Positions 1 through 21,322 of a DNA stretch of 64,000 nucleotides are shown in pieces. Both the position numbers and the translations under genes were made by a program. Source of the stretch: Octopus vulgaris (Eukaryota); contig OX597840.1 of the NCBI GenBank assembly GCA_951406725.2, positions 23,002,001 through 23,066,000 of the forward strand, in the 5' to 3' direction. Position 1 is the first letter of the stretch. Each line of letters opens with the position of its first letter. Below the pieces are notes generated by a model, which worked only from the letters and a program-made list of their open reading frames with translations, searched no databases and was not told where the DNA came from.

Positions 1-919
1 AAATTCCCCACAAAAGATTTTGATGCTGTTAGTCATCCATACTGATTATTTCCTGACTTTTATTCATGTTTCATGTAACACAGAATATTGATATTAAGCT
101 GCCTGTATGTGTGTATTTATATATTTTTAAATGTACGGAAAGAGGCAGAGGAGGTGTGATATCTCTTTTACAACACATGATTGAGATTAAAACATCAGAT
201 ATCTAGTGTTATTGACATATATATTGGTATGTGTCTATGACAGACTTAATGTCCAATAGATGTTATTATACTACATGTGTCTACTCCCTGATATAAACTT
301 CTTGAAAACAGAGAGATGGGATAAATTTAATAGTTCAGATAAAGAATTACTTCTACAATTTATGAAAACAGAAATGTCGTAAATTTGCACTTTTGAATAT
401 CTGCCTTTTAAACATATTTGATGTCTTATATTATTTTTACTATTCTTTCAGGAAATCACACGAAATTGGCTAAAAAGTATTTTTTGCTTTTAAAGAATCA
501 TCAATATGTATCATGTTTGAAAGACTCTGCAAAGATATTCTACAAACGTATAATCCTGCTTCTATAAAACATTGCTGAATTACAGTAAAATATTTCCTCT
601 GAGAGAGAAAGCATTTCTTTACTTCTGTGTCTGAAATGTGCAAGAGATAATATTCTCTTTTAAATATACTTTGATGGATTTCCAAACAGTATTTGCAACA
701 TTTTTAAATATTGGCAATGATCACGTTCAGAAGAAATATAAGAGAAGTGATATTTGTTTGGAATAAACTATTAAAGCAAAAAGAAGCAAAATATCCATAT
801 ATTTTGGTGAGAGGAGAAATATTATTAAAAAGTTGTTGATCTGTACAACTTGAAGGTTCGATTTTATTTTTCTTGAAGAAATATCGGAGGAATACGGAAC
901 ATCATCATATGACTGTGGC
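1..919 (+). repeat. Conserved upstream module of the ZNF cassette (intron end / 5' UTR)
   Basis: Aligns by eye to 5926-6849 and, reverse-complemented, to 47600-48290, 55200-55885 and 63075-63755. Contains a pyrimidine tract + AG (TTTTTACTATTCTTTCAG, ~434-451) that resembles a splice acceptor. Confidence 0.8.
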
Positions 920-2162
<1,243 letters not shown>

Positions 2163-3362
2163 TGATATCTGCGGTAAATCATTCTCACAAAATCTTCACT
2201 TAATTAAACTCAAGTGCATTCGTTATGCAAAGGATCCATAGCACAGTGACATTTGTTGTATGACATTCCGTCAGAAGGTCAAGCTTGGACCTTATAAAGA
2301 ACTCAACACATCATAGAAACTATATGAATGTAACATCGATAGTAAATCTTTGACATGAAATCATCCATAATTGAATCAAAAGAGCATTGACAGAGGAAGG
2401 AAAACATATCACTGTGATGTTAAACCTGAATCATTCTTTCAAAATGGTGAATTGTTTCTACACAGTCCTATTAATATGAAAGATATAACTGTAACCTAAG
2501 CTATTTGTGCTAAAAAAGTGAGGAAAGTGATCAATTATTGAAATGTAAATGCATTCATACAGAAGAGGAACCACGATGATGATGATCCTCATCATTTAAA
2601 ATTCTATTCTTGCTTCTGTGGATCAGATGGAATTCATTGATGGAGATTTTCTACATCTGGGTACCTTTCTTGTGACCAATCTTCACTTGTTTCCAATCAA
2701 GGAAATATTTTTCCTGGTGAGGCATATTTTACGCAGAGGACTGGAAATGAACAACTGCACAAGTATGACGGTCACGATGGCCCTTTACGAACATCACATA
2801 ATATCTGGACAAGGGTCCACACACATGTATGTTCAAAGATTTTCTTAAACGAAATCCTTTACATTTTTTCTCTACATGTAAATGTTTGTAATTCCTATTA
2901 GCAAATGAAACACATGTAATGCTGAATAAATAATATCAAACTCTTCTCCATTGTCCTGATGTATTTTTTTCTAAGGTCAAAAGAAAATTGCTTCCACCTC
3001 ACCCCACCCCATGTTTTGGACCCATAAAAGGGTTTTGTAGCATATTATGAGGTCAGGGTAGTTGATTCCACACAAAAATCTAACATTTTGATTTTTTTCT
3101 TAGTGAAAATCATGCGGGAGTTAATATAGAAATTTACCATAATGTTATTTAGCCTCAAATCAAACCTGATACAGCCAACGTATCATCAAAGACATTCCAG
3201 CCTTCAGCAAACTGTCTTTTTAGGCATAATCTAGGACATTACGTACAATGGGCATGTGATTTAGATAGGGGGGATACTTTGGCTGCTATTTTTAGCATGT
3301 CGAGCGACCAGGTAGAGGCTCTCACATTGGTTCGATTGCGTGATGGAATTTTTTAACACATG

Positions 3363-3740
3363 TAGGATCTTTTCGGTTTGAACGGCAGTTTTTTTAACGT
3401 AAATTCTAGGTAACTAAAAAATTTTCAACTTCGTATACTGGTAGAATGTGTTTATAAAACATCTTTCTCTCTTGGCTTTATTGAGAAAATTCTATACTTT
3501 GTAAGATATTTGTTGTTTTTTCTGCAATTTCAACCAATCAATGACGTCCATTGAGGTAAGGAAAAAATTCCTGTGCCGTATAAATATGTCCCTCGTTTAA
3601 GAAACAGATTGGGTTTATTTACATTTGTGAATAAAAAAAGATTATCCGTCCCCCAACCCTAACCCTAAAATAGATTGAAATGCAATAGATCGATACTAGG
3701 GTCATAATTATGGGTGACAATTTCATATGACACCGCTAGA
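3363..3740. mobile_element. Truncated non-autonomous interspersed repeat, probably a DNA-transposon derivative, with a short CCCTAA run
   Basis: Begins AGGATCTTTTCGGTTTGAACGGCAG and has CCCCAACCCTAACCCTAA near 3651. Recognised only by resemblance to abundant cephalopod repeats; no second terminal repeat is visible. Confidence 0.35.
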
Positions 3741-5279
3741 GTAGAAAGACAAGACTTAGTTCCCCTTGTTGATTCTTCCTAATTTTGTTGCTCCGTATGC
3801 ATGTGTATTGCTTGCTCAGTTCCACTTTACAACTGATATTGAAGAGAAAATCTAATTAAATAGACACGTGATTGGTAATTAAGTGTCTAAAGAAACAGAT
3901 GCAGCATTTTTTTTATTATGTTGACCTGTTAAATATTAATATTCGTCGTAAAAATTCTCTTGAAGCTGTCACTGTCCACTCTAACTTTTCACTCATTCAA
4001 CATATTCTCATATTTTCATCGTTGACTCTCTCTGAATATATATTACTATGTAAGTATATTTCTATTGTATATGTATCATATTACGTACGTCTGTTTGTTT
4101 CGATGTGTTGAGTAAGTTACAAGAAAGAATCTCACTAAACAAAGACGAAATAGCGGAGGTAAAGGGCATGGACCGCACCTACCTTTCCCTAATTTTTTTG
4201 CGATGGAAACCGACTTTTTCAACTTCAGTGAGGCTGTTCTTTCAATACTTTCGTTGTGTTCTCCTTTACATTCAGATATTTCATTGCATCTTTCGTTATT
4301 TCCTATATTATTTGTTAACGTCAGATGGATACCTTGTGTAGATAACTTTTCTCTTTCTTCCTCACATGTAAATTCCGCGGGAAAATTACGATGTAATTTC
4401 TAAGACATGCGGAATGTATAAAAATACGAGTGTGCACTTGAAATACTGAAACGAAAAGTAAATATTGTATACAGAAGAAATGGAACTGATTTTATTTAAA
4501 ACCTAGGAAGTCTTTATTTCCGGAGGTTCTTCTCCATCATTACAACTTACAATTAATATCTATTTTTGCAAAGGAGTCTTTCTTTAAGCACCCAATGTAA
4601 CCGCTTATCACATTTTTATTTTAGGGGAATTTTCAGAAAATTTCTACGTATTTCTGCTGTACATGCAAGGATTCAAACGGTTATGAAACCAACAAAGAAG
4701 GGAAAAAACCGATTGAAGAGTAATTTAGCTGTTATTTATCGCGCACCCCACGACCACCTGATACCTTCCGAGTTTCTTTCTCACTCTTACATGCTAATGT
4801 TTTTTGATATCTTTTTTCACATAAACACATTCAATGGTCTGTTGTTGGGATTTAAGGCATTATATATGAATTGCACTCTGTATTTTAATGTTATTTTCAA
4901 TTAATTATCTAAGTTATCCTTTTCTCTCTTCGTAATACATATATATTTAAATTCAAATTACGATGAACGTAAACAAACAAACGAAGTTTGCTTTAGAAGC
5001 TTTTGAGATGTCTTAGGAAGTTAAAGAAGTTGTAATGATCTTAGTGTGAATATCTTCTCTGGACCTTTTGGGGGTGCGAGAAGCAATCACTTTCCGTTGC
5101 TTTAATAATCCAGATTCTCTACCAGTCAGAAACAACAAGATGCAGACATAAATAATATATATCTACTTTATTCTCTTATGTGGTAACCAATAATTGGTGT
5201 ATCTGGTATCCCTTTGGTATAGATGTGTCTCAGCTGAACCTTATCGCTGTAAAATAAGAAAGTGTTCAAATGCAAAACG

Positions 5280-5760
5280 ACACTTGTCAAAGATGGCGTC
5301 CGGAGAAAGGAAGATGATGTAGTCTGCAACAATTTGGTTAAAAGCTTTCGGTATAGGCTGCTGCTAGAATCAAATTCGGACAGAGAGAATATACGTGTTG
5401 TACCTTCGATAGCCATGTCTCAAGTCGCTGCTGACTGCTGCTAGTGGTCAAACGTTCTACGATCCCCTTGCCTCGGCTAACTGCCACGTAGGCAAAGGGT
5501 CCTACTTCCGGTGGTGAAAGCACCAAGCCCGCACGCGCGTAACAGGAATGGACGGTGCGCGCGCGCGCCGCTGTATAGCGTCTCTACAAAGTGATTTTAA
5601 ATTCTCAAAGGCAGGATATTGCTAATAATATAGCCTGAACAGGATAAGCTACCCCTATTTTGCAGAAAAGTGTTGGCGGCCGGCTATGAGACTCGAACTC
5701 ACACCTCCGTGATTACGCATCGCTGTATTTTTCACTCACCACGATAAACAATATTTCGTT
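5280..5760. promoter_or_regulatory. CpG-enriched promoter-like island
   Basis: CpG-dense patch in AT-rich DNA. Contains AAGATGGCG (YY1-like, ~5290), ACTTCCGG (ETS-like, ~5504) and GCGCGCGC runs (NRF1-like, ~5531-5567). Lies ~1.1-1.5 kb upstream of the second ZNF ORF. Confidence 0.4.
5674..5745 (-). pseudogene. Degenerate tRNA-like / SINE-head relic
   Basis: Minus strand reads ...GGAGGTGTGAGTTCGAGTCTCATAGCCGGCCGCCA, with a B-box (GTTCGAGTC) in a T-arm-like hairpin. The D-arm and acceptor stem are poor. Confidence 0.25.
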
Positions 5761-6849
5761 GCGATGTAAAAAGGAAGGGAAACATTAATTGTAACGTGTA
5801 AGAATTTAAAAATAAAGAAGAAAACGAGAATAATTTAATGTTAAAACTACATCATTTGCCCCCATTGAGAAGGATTGTCACCAATTTCCTTCTCCACCTC
5901 AACCAATAATTTTTCCTACATGAAAAATTCCCCACAAAAGATTTTGATGCTGATAGTCATCCATACTGATTATTTACTGACTTTTATTCATGTTTCATAT
6001 TCAACAGAATATTGACATTAAGATCCCTGTATGTGTGTATTTATATATTTATAAATGTACGGAAAGAGGCAGGGGAGGTGTGATATCTCTTTTACGACAC
6101 ATGACTGAGATTAAAACATCAGATATCTAGTGTTATTGACATGTATATTGGTGTGTGTCTATGACAGACTTAATGTCCAGGAGATGTTATTATACTACAT
6201 GTGTCTACTCCCTGATATAAACTTCTTGAAAGCAGAGAAATAGGATAAATTTAATAGTTCAGATAAAGAATTACTTCTAAAATCTTTGAAAACAGAAATG
6301 TCGTAACTTTTGAATATCTGCCTTTTAAACATACTTAATGTCTTGTATTATTTTTTCTATTCTTTCAGAAGAATCACATGAAATTGGATAAAAAGTATTT
6401 TTTACTTTTAAAGAATCATCAATATGTATCATGTTTGAAAGACTCTGCAAAGATATTCTACAAACGTATAATCCTGCTTCTAGAAAACATTGCTAAATTA
6501 CAGTAAAATATTTCCTCTGAGAGAGAGAAAGCATTTCTTTACTTCTGTGTCTGAAATGTGCAAGAGATAATTTTCTCTATTAAATATACTTTGATGGATT
6601 TCCAAAGAGTATTTGCAACATTTTTAAATATTGGCATTGATCACATTTAGAAGAAATATAAGAGAAGTGATATTTGTTTAGAATAAACTATAAAAACAAA
6701 AAGAAGATAAATATCCATATATTTTGGTGAGAGAAGAAATATTATTGAAAAGTTGTTGATCTGTACAACTTGAAGGATCGATTTTATTTGTTCTTGAAGA
6801 GATGTCTGAAGAATTTTGAAAATCATCATATGACTGTGACACGTACAAA

Positions 6850-8427
6850 ATGTCATTTTTAGAAAAACGTAAATCCAGTAAACACCAAGAAATTCATACA
6901 AGTCAAGAACCATATCGCTGTGATATCTGTGGTAAATCATTCTCTCTTCGCAGTAGCTTTACTAACCACAAACGTATTCATACAGGTGAGAAACCACACC
7001 ACTGTGATATCTGTGGTAAATCATTCTCTGTTAGCAGTACCTTGACTGCACACAAACGTATTCATACAGGTGAGGAACCATATCACTGTGATATCTGTGG
7101 TAAATCATTCTCTTTTAGCAGTAACTTCACTGCACACAAACGTATTCACACAGGTGAGGAACCATATTGCTGTGATATCTGTGGTAAATCATTCACTCAA
7201 GAAGGTAACTTAACTACTCACAAACGTATTCATACAGGTGAGAGACCATATCACTGTGATATCTGTGGTAAATCATTCTCTGTTGGCAGTAACTTGACTT
7301 CACATAAACGTATTCACACAGGTGAGGAACCATATCGCTGTGATATCTGTGGTAAATCATTCTCTTTTAGCAGTAACTTCACTGCACACAAACGTATTCA
7401 CACAGGTGAGGAACCATATTGCTGTGATATCTGTGGTAAATCATTCTCTGCTGGCAATACCTTAACTAAACACAAACGTGTTCATACAGGTGAGAAACCA
7501 TATCCCTGTGATATCTGTGGCAAATCTTTCTCTGTTAGCAGTAGCTTAACCACACACAAGCGTATTCATACAGGGGAGAAACCATATCCCTGTGATATCT
7601 GTGGCAAATCTTTCTCTGAAAGCAGCGGCTTAACTAAACACAAGCGTATTCATACAGGTGAGAAACCATACCACTGTGATATCTGTGGTAAATCATTCTC
7701 TCGTGCTCATAGCTTAGGTATTCACAAGCATATTCATGTAGGGGACAAACCATATCACTGTGATATCTGTGGTAAATCATTCTCTAGAAATAGCGACCTA
7801 ACCACTCACAAACGTATTCATACAGGAGAGAAACCATATCATTGTGATATTTGTGGTAAATCATACTGTGATGGCAGTACCTTCATTAAACACAAACGTA
7901 TTCATACAGGAGACAAACCATATCCCTGTGATATCTGTGGCAAATCTTTCTCTGAAAGCAGTAGCTTAACCAAACACAAGCGTATTCATACAGGGGAGAA
8001 ACCATATCCCTGTGATATCTGTGGTAAATCATTCTCTCAGAACAGTATCTTAACTCAACACAAGCGTATTCATACAGGGGAGAAACCATACCACTGTGAT
8101 ATCTGTGGTAAATCATTCTCTTTTAGCAGTAACTTCACTGCACACAAACGTATTCACACAGGTGAGGAACCATATTGCTGTGATATCTGTGGTAAATCAT
8201 TCTCTGCTGGCAATACCTTAACTAAACACAAACGTGTTCATACAGGTGAGAAACCATATCTCTGTGATATCTGTGGCAAATCTTTCTCTGTTGGCAGTGG
8301 CTTAACCACACACAAGCGTATTCATACAGGGGAGAAGCCATATCCCTGTGACATCTGTGGTAAATCATTCTCACAAAAACATCACTCAATTAAACATAAG
8401 TGTATTCGTTATGAAGTTGATCCATAA
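6850..8427 (+). CDS. Poly-C2H2 zinc-finger protein (~18 fingers)
   Basis: 525-aa uninterrupted ORF of canonical C2H2 repeats with internal duplicated finger blocks (FSSNFTAH / AGNTLTKH). Confidence 0.9.
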   Translation: MSFLEKRKSSKHQEIHTSQEPYRCDICGKSFSLRSSFTNHKRIHTGEKPHHCDICGKSFSVSSTLTAHKRIHTGEEPYHCDICGKSFSFSSNFTAHKRIHTGEEPYCCDICGKSFTQEGNLTTHKRIHTGERPYHCDICGKSFSVGSNLTSHKRIHTGEEPYRCDICGKSFSFSSNFTAHKRIHTGEEPYCCDICGKSFSAGNTLTKHKRVHTGEKPYPCDICGKSFSVSSSLTTHKRIHTGEKPYPCDICGKSFSESSGLTKHKRIHTGEKPYHCDICGKSFSRAHSLGIHKHIHVGDKPYHCDICGKSFSRNSDLTTHKRIHTGEKPYHCDICGKSYCDGSTFIKHKRIHTGDKPYPCDICGKSFSESSSLTKHKRIHTGEKPYPCDICGKSFSQNSILTQHKRIHTGEKPYHCDICGKSFSFSSNFTAHKRIHTGEEPYCCDICGKSFSAGNTLTKHKRVHTGEKPYLCDICGKSFSVGSGLTTHKRIHTGEKPYPCDICGKSFSQKHHSIKHKCIRYEVDP

Positions 8428-10104
8428 CACAGTGACATTGGTTGTAGAACATTCCTTCAGAAGGACAAGTTTGTATCTCATAAAACCGTCTACACAAGAA
8501 AGAAACTATATGAATGTGATATCAATGGTAAGCCTTTCATTTGAAATGATCTATTAACGAATCAAAAGAGCATTGACAGAGGAAGGAAGACATATCACTG
8601 TGATAGCAGTGCTTAATCATTCTATGAAAATGGAGAATTCTACACAGTCATATTAATATGAAAGATAAAGCATACCCTAAGACATTTGTGCTAAATCAAT
8701 CTATGAAAATGATCAATTATTAAAACATAACTGCATTCATACAGAAGAGGAACCATATCACTACAATGATGATAATCATCATCATTTAAAATTCGCTTTT
8801 CCATGCTCCAATGGATCAGATGGAATTCATTGATGGAGATTTTCCTGAGCTGGGTAGCCTTTCTTGTCACCAATCCTCACCTGATTCCAAGCAAGGAAAT
8901 ATTTTCCCTGGTGAGACATTTTACGCAGAGGACTGGAAATGAAGGACTGCACAAGTATGATGGTCATGATGGCCATTTACGGACATCACTTAATATCTGG
9001 ACAAGGCTACACTCACTTATGCATACACACACACACACACGTGTATATATGTATGTATGAAGAATTTCTTATAGGAGATATTTTACATGTTTTCTCTTTG
9101 TCTAAAAGTTTGTAATTCCTATTAGGTAATGAAACATATGTAATGCTGAATAAATACTATCAAACTGTTTTCCAGTCTCCTTATGTGATATGTAATTACT
9201 CTGCAAAAAATATTATCCAAACCTCAGACAAAAATGATATTTATGTATATATATAAGAACCAGCTTGTTTGTACAGCTGTTATGCTTTCATTAGATTAGT
9301 GGAATAAATGAGGGGTGGGGACAGAAGTGGGGAAAAGGGAGGGAGAAATAGAGTAAGGTGATCTTATAATAATTCTGCTTCTCATTCTGTTACTTAGCTC
9401 GTCAGTAACACTTTCATGTTATTAGAGAAAAGGGGGTAGAGAGAGAAGAGATTATAAGACAAAGAGAGAGGCAAATAGAGAAAGAAAGAAAAGGGAGAGA
9501 CAAAAGACTAAGAAAGAAGCAAGTATGACATGTGATAGGGGGAATGTAATAGTTATTTTATGGTTAAAAAAGCTAGCTGAAGTTTGTGATATAGAGAAGA
9601 GTTAGAAATATAATCTTAGCAGAGGAGTGATGTTCTGATGGTGAGATTAAAGAAAGGCAGAGAGAGAGAGATGATGATGATGGTGGTGGTGTGTTGATAG
9701 GGAAAAGGAATTTCTCTTTTTTTTATAGAGACCATCACTCAACACTTGCACTTCTGTGCAATTATTTATCGCCTTCTCACTTAAGAGATTGATATTTGTT
9801 TCTAAGGATTAATTTAGCCTAAACTATGGATTCACAAGAGACACAGTTGCAAGCTGCCTGAGAAAAGATGCACAGATCTAGAGCATGGAACACTAAGAAG
9901 ATATAATGAAAAGGAGGAAAATGATGGCACCGATGGTGTTGTGAGGAATTGGATGTAGACAGATGCCAAGTATATTCAAAGAAAGCTAAAACTATGAATG
10001 CTATAAAAATGCAAATCATCCTCTCTTTCTTAAATAGGTCCTCTTAATTTTTTTCCTTCTGTAGAATTTACATGGGTCCCACTAGTAATTAATAATAAAC
10101 TAAA

Positions 10105-10317
10105 GTGGCGAACTGGCAGGGTCGTTAGCACATTGGGGAAAATACTTAGCTGTGGTTCTTCTGACATGACATTTGCATTTAAATTCTGCCAAGGTAGACT
10201 TTGTCTTTCGTCCTTTTGGCGGTTGGTGGAAATAAGCAATGGTTGAGCACTGGAATCGACATATTCAACTTAACACACACCCGTGGAATTGCTGGCCTTG
10301 TGGCAAAATTTGAAAAC
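10105..10317 (+). mobile_element. Old tRNA-derived SINE of octopus type
   Basis: GGCGAACTGGCAG...GTTAGCA head, central ACTTTGTCTTTCGTCCTTTTGG...TTGAGCACTGG block and GCCTTGTGGCAAAATTTGAAA end. Paralogous copies at ~16360-16556 (-) and ~44305-44520 (-). Confidence 0.6.
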
Positions 10318-10417
10318 AGTACGAACTTTGATGTCGACTTCTTGCTCTTGCCTGTGATAATGCCAGAAGCACGTTGGCTTGCTTCAGTAGGTTCTGTTGA
10401 ACCTTGGTGTGTGGCCA

Positions 10418-10520
10418 ACTGAGGAATTCTATCAAAGACTTTCTCCAGGCCAACAAGTGCCAAGTATAATGGTTTATTCACAACTAAATGCTTGTATTGC
10501 AGTTGTAAATAGGCAGACCT
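10418..10520 (-). mobile_element. RTE-clade LINE reverse-transcriptase fragment
   Basis: Translates QLQYKHLVVNKPLYLALVGLEKVFDRIP, a decayed RT motif of the 'QLQEK...PLYLAFVDLEKAFDRVP' type. Confidence 0.55.
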
Positions 10521-11972
10521 ATACACACACACACACATATATTACATTAAAAATGAACTTGAATCTTGCTTCCAATGTTACATAGCCAAAATGGCACATA
10601 ATGGGGAAAATACTAAGAATTAAGACTTTCCTGAAATGTGAATACAAACGGAATAAAACAAGTTTCGCATGAATTGGACAACTGGTTCTTGAGATATTAG
10701 GAGTTTTGGTGGGTATAAATACCCAAAACAGTGCATATTGAGAAAATACACCAAAAATAACAACGCTGAAAAGGAAGAATTTCTAGCCTTTCGGTTAGAC
10801 ACATTATGACTAACTTGCCAACAAAAAAAGTTGTTTTTACAGGAAATGTTTCTATTTTTGCTTTTTTGTATTTATATTTTAGCTTTCTTTAAACAGACAA
10901 TTTTATTTATTTTTTTATTATTTTCAATTGAATACCATTACGAATATTGTTTTGGCATATTTAAAAAATATTTTAAAGTGAAGATGGCTTTAGAAATACT
11001 GTAAATATTTCGTAAAAGACCTGTTCATAACCTCACTGTGAAATAAATTCTTTCCATAGGTTTTATTCAAGTGCATTCAATGTATCTCATCTCCAAAGAT
11101 TCGGTTGCTATATCTAGCATGCCCTGTTACCATACAACAGCTATTTACGATACAGGACTCAAAATAGCTGTTATGTGGTAGCAGGGCATGCAAGAAATAG
11201 CGGCCGAATCTTTCTTTTTCTGAGGAAAGGAGCCGTTTATGCGTGATTTTAATGTAACATACATTGAAAGCATGTAAAATAACCCAGAAAAAAAACAAAA
11301 CAAAATTCTGTTGGTGGGGAAACTCCAAGGTCCCCCACCACCCCTCCCCCTTTCTTTTCTGGAAGAATGTGGCGGCTGGTGGGTTTGGACTGAGCATCGT
11401 TGAATGCACTAAAAAAAACGTGGAAAAAATTATTTCACACCAAAGTACAAACGGGTCCTTTATGAAAAAGAAAGGACGGGTCATTCGAAGCTTTCTGTCC
11501 CCTGTAAAGAACCAGGTCGTCCTCGCAATTTCGGCTGATTAATCTTGAGATTGCTCCAATCTGGCCAGCCCCAAGGAAAAAGTAAGCTAAGAGCATCAGA
11601 TTCCTTGGAAGAAAGCATGGAATGTATACGAAAATAAGGACGGAAAAACAGACGATGTTACACAAGTATAAATACAAAATACAATAAAAATATTTATAAT
11701 AATAACAGGTGTCTTTCGACTGGGGACGAATTGAATTCAGCTGGTGTGTGTGGAAATGAAGCCTTACGGCAGAGATACAGAACTTTCACAAACACAGGGA
11801 AGAATATCGATGTTGCACTGACCGTGGTTAGACGCAAAAAGAGGGCTAGCAATCTGGCCTATCGGTCACGTGGGAAGAGAAGAGAGAGAAAAAGAGGAAC
11901 AAAAGAATTAAGGAGGGGAAAGAGAAGAGAGAGAGTTGTAGAAGCATATGAACAGAAGAATTAAGGAGAGGC

Positions 11973-12008
<36 letters not shown>

Positions 12009-12239
12009 TGTTATGAAAGTCTTTTCCTTGGGAAGTAAAATAGTGGATTCCCCATCAATTTCCCCATTGTTCTCGGCAATATGCCTCTCTATCTCGCTAT
12101 ATTGCACTTATAAAATACTAGAATTTCGTAAAGCAAAAGCCAGTTGGTGAAATGAGATGACCAGAGACAGCCATGATACATACAACTTTCACCAGCCATG
12201 ATACATACAAATTTCAACAGCTCATCTTTCTCTAGCAAA

Positions 12240-12413
12240 GGCACAGGAGTGGCTGTGTGGTAAGTAGCTTGCTTACTAACCACATGGTTTCTGGGTTCAG
12301 TCCCACTGCGTGGAATCTTGGGCAAGCGTCTTCTTCTATAGCCCCGTGCCGACCAAAGCCTTGTGAGTGGATTTGGTAGACGGAAACTGAAGGAAGCCTG
12401 TCGTATATATGTA

Positions 12414-12444
<31 letters not shown>

Positions 12445-12643
12445 GTATGTATGTGTGTTTGTCCCGATAGCATTGCATGCTGGTGTGTTTACGTCCCTGG
12501 CACTTAGCGGTTCGGCAAAAGAGACCGATAGAATAAGTACTGGGCTTACAAAGAATAAGTCCCGGAGTCGATTTGCTCGACTAAAGGCGGTGCTCCAGCA
12601 TGGCCGCAGTCAAATGACTGAAACAAGTAAAAGAATAAAAGAG
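12240..12643 (+). mobile_element. tRNA-derived SINE with LINE-derived 3' end
   Basis: A-box-like TGGCTGTGTGGTAAG, B-box-like GGGTTCAGTCCC, internal TA run, and a 3' end GGCGGTGCTCCAGCATGGCCGCAGTCAAATGACTGAAAC followed by an A-rich tail. Confidence 0.75.
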
Positions 12644-12879
12644 TATATATATATAAATATAATATATATATATATATATAGATATATAAATATATATATA
12701 ATTATAATATATATATATATATATGTGAATTATTAAAAATTTCCATATGTGCAGCCAAACAGAAAAGATTCGGCAGGATTGGTAATAATGACAATAATAA
12801 TAATTTATGAGACAGAATTATCAAAGAAACATCTTTCACAAAATCCAAAATCTATAAATCATCTGCGTTTTGAGAAATT

Positions 12880-13716
12880 TGCTGCCTTTTGTTGAGAGAG
12901 TTCGATTTTTTGCTCATCGTTGTTTGTGTTAATTGTTAATTGAACAGTGCCCGTTGTGTAACGGTAATTTTCGCCCTACGGGGCGGGAAATTCTGTGTTT
13001 AAAATTGTTATTACCTTCGAGGTAATTTTTGAAACATTTTTGAGAAATGGATTTCGACTTGGCGTCGAAGAATGATTTTCCCGCGATGGGAACAAGTGAA
13101 TTAAAGGTCACTGAAGTAAAAAAACAGTCTTTTTCGGCCGCGGTAGGCGGAACCATGATGGACGTTGAATTCAAGACCGAACAACTATTCGAATTTCGGA
13201 ACTTTGTAAAAATGGAAGGAAACGAAATCAAACTTGTACCGCCGCAAGCGAAGGTACAAGAAATAAAGGAAAAAACAGTTATATACAAAGTGTATAGCTA
13301 CAAAGAAAAAAATTATGGACGTTAGAAACGAGATAGTCGAAAAGTGCTTGTCCCCGGTGTGGGACAAAATTCGCCATGTCGTTCGAGGTGCTCGCAGCGC
13401 TACTGTTGAAGCACATTTTGACTCGGCTGAGGTAGCAAGAGAGGTGTCATCAATGACCCTGAAAAATGATATCATGTTGCTACCCTCGTATATGGGAAAA
13501 AGAACAGCTAAACTGCTGGTAGAGGACATACCGAGAGGGTATGACATAATGTGGGTAGCAGCGGCGGTCCTGCACAATGTAGAGCGGGAAGTTTCGATTC
13601 TGCAGATGAGAAGGAAAGAGGAGGTACGCTGGAAGGGACAGACGCTGGAACTCCTCGTTCAGGCAGAAAACAAGATATTGGAGAACCTGCCCGATAGGTT
13701 TCATCTACACTCTTGA
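12880..13716 (+). mobile_element. Probable 5' end / ORF1 of an L1/Tx1-like non-LTR element (frameshifted, 3'-truncated)
   Basis: ORFs 13047-13325 and 13315-13716 join across an A7 run. The SFSAAV motif and the 'SYMGKRTAKLLVEDIP' segment resemble gag-like ORF1 proteins. Confidence 0.4.
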
Positions 13717-14064
13717 TGTCCCGGTTTGGAGTATTGAACCGCAGCAGTCCTACATTCATGTAAGAAGGCCATTTCCAGCATATATACAATAATGGTGATG
13801 TTTCTCCAACTTTGTATATAACACCTTAAAGCTATTGATGTTAGCTATTTTCTCTGAAACGTGCATTTTTACCATAGCACCTAGTCTGAAACAAACTGAA
13901 CGCATCCTCGTTCAGGCAGAAAACAAGATATTGGAGAACCTGCCCGATAGGAAAATATATTAACTCCTCATGTAGAACGTAAAATATTTCATGATAAAAA
14001 ACATGTTGCAAATATGCGATACTTGTCCAGATATTCATTTACGTGAATTGATCATTATCGGTAT

Positions 14065-21222
<7,158 letters not shown>

Positions 21223-21322
21223 NNNNNNNNNNNNNNNNNNNNNNNNNNNNNNNNNNNNNNNNNNNNNNNNNNNNNNNNNNNNNNNNNNNNNNNNNNNNNN
21301 NNNNNNNNNNNNNNNNNNNNNN
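21223..21322. other. Assembly gap (100 N)
   Basis: Run of N. Confidence 1.

Noticed and set aside
3651-3668. Telomere-like CCCTAA repeats
   Set aside because: Only 2-3 units inside an interspersed repeat; not evidence of an interstitial telomere.
11077-11964. Several short overlapping ORFs
   Set aside because: No recognisable domain; probably an unclassified interspersed repeat, mirrored only by the palindrome.
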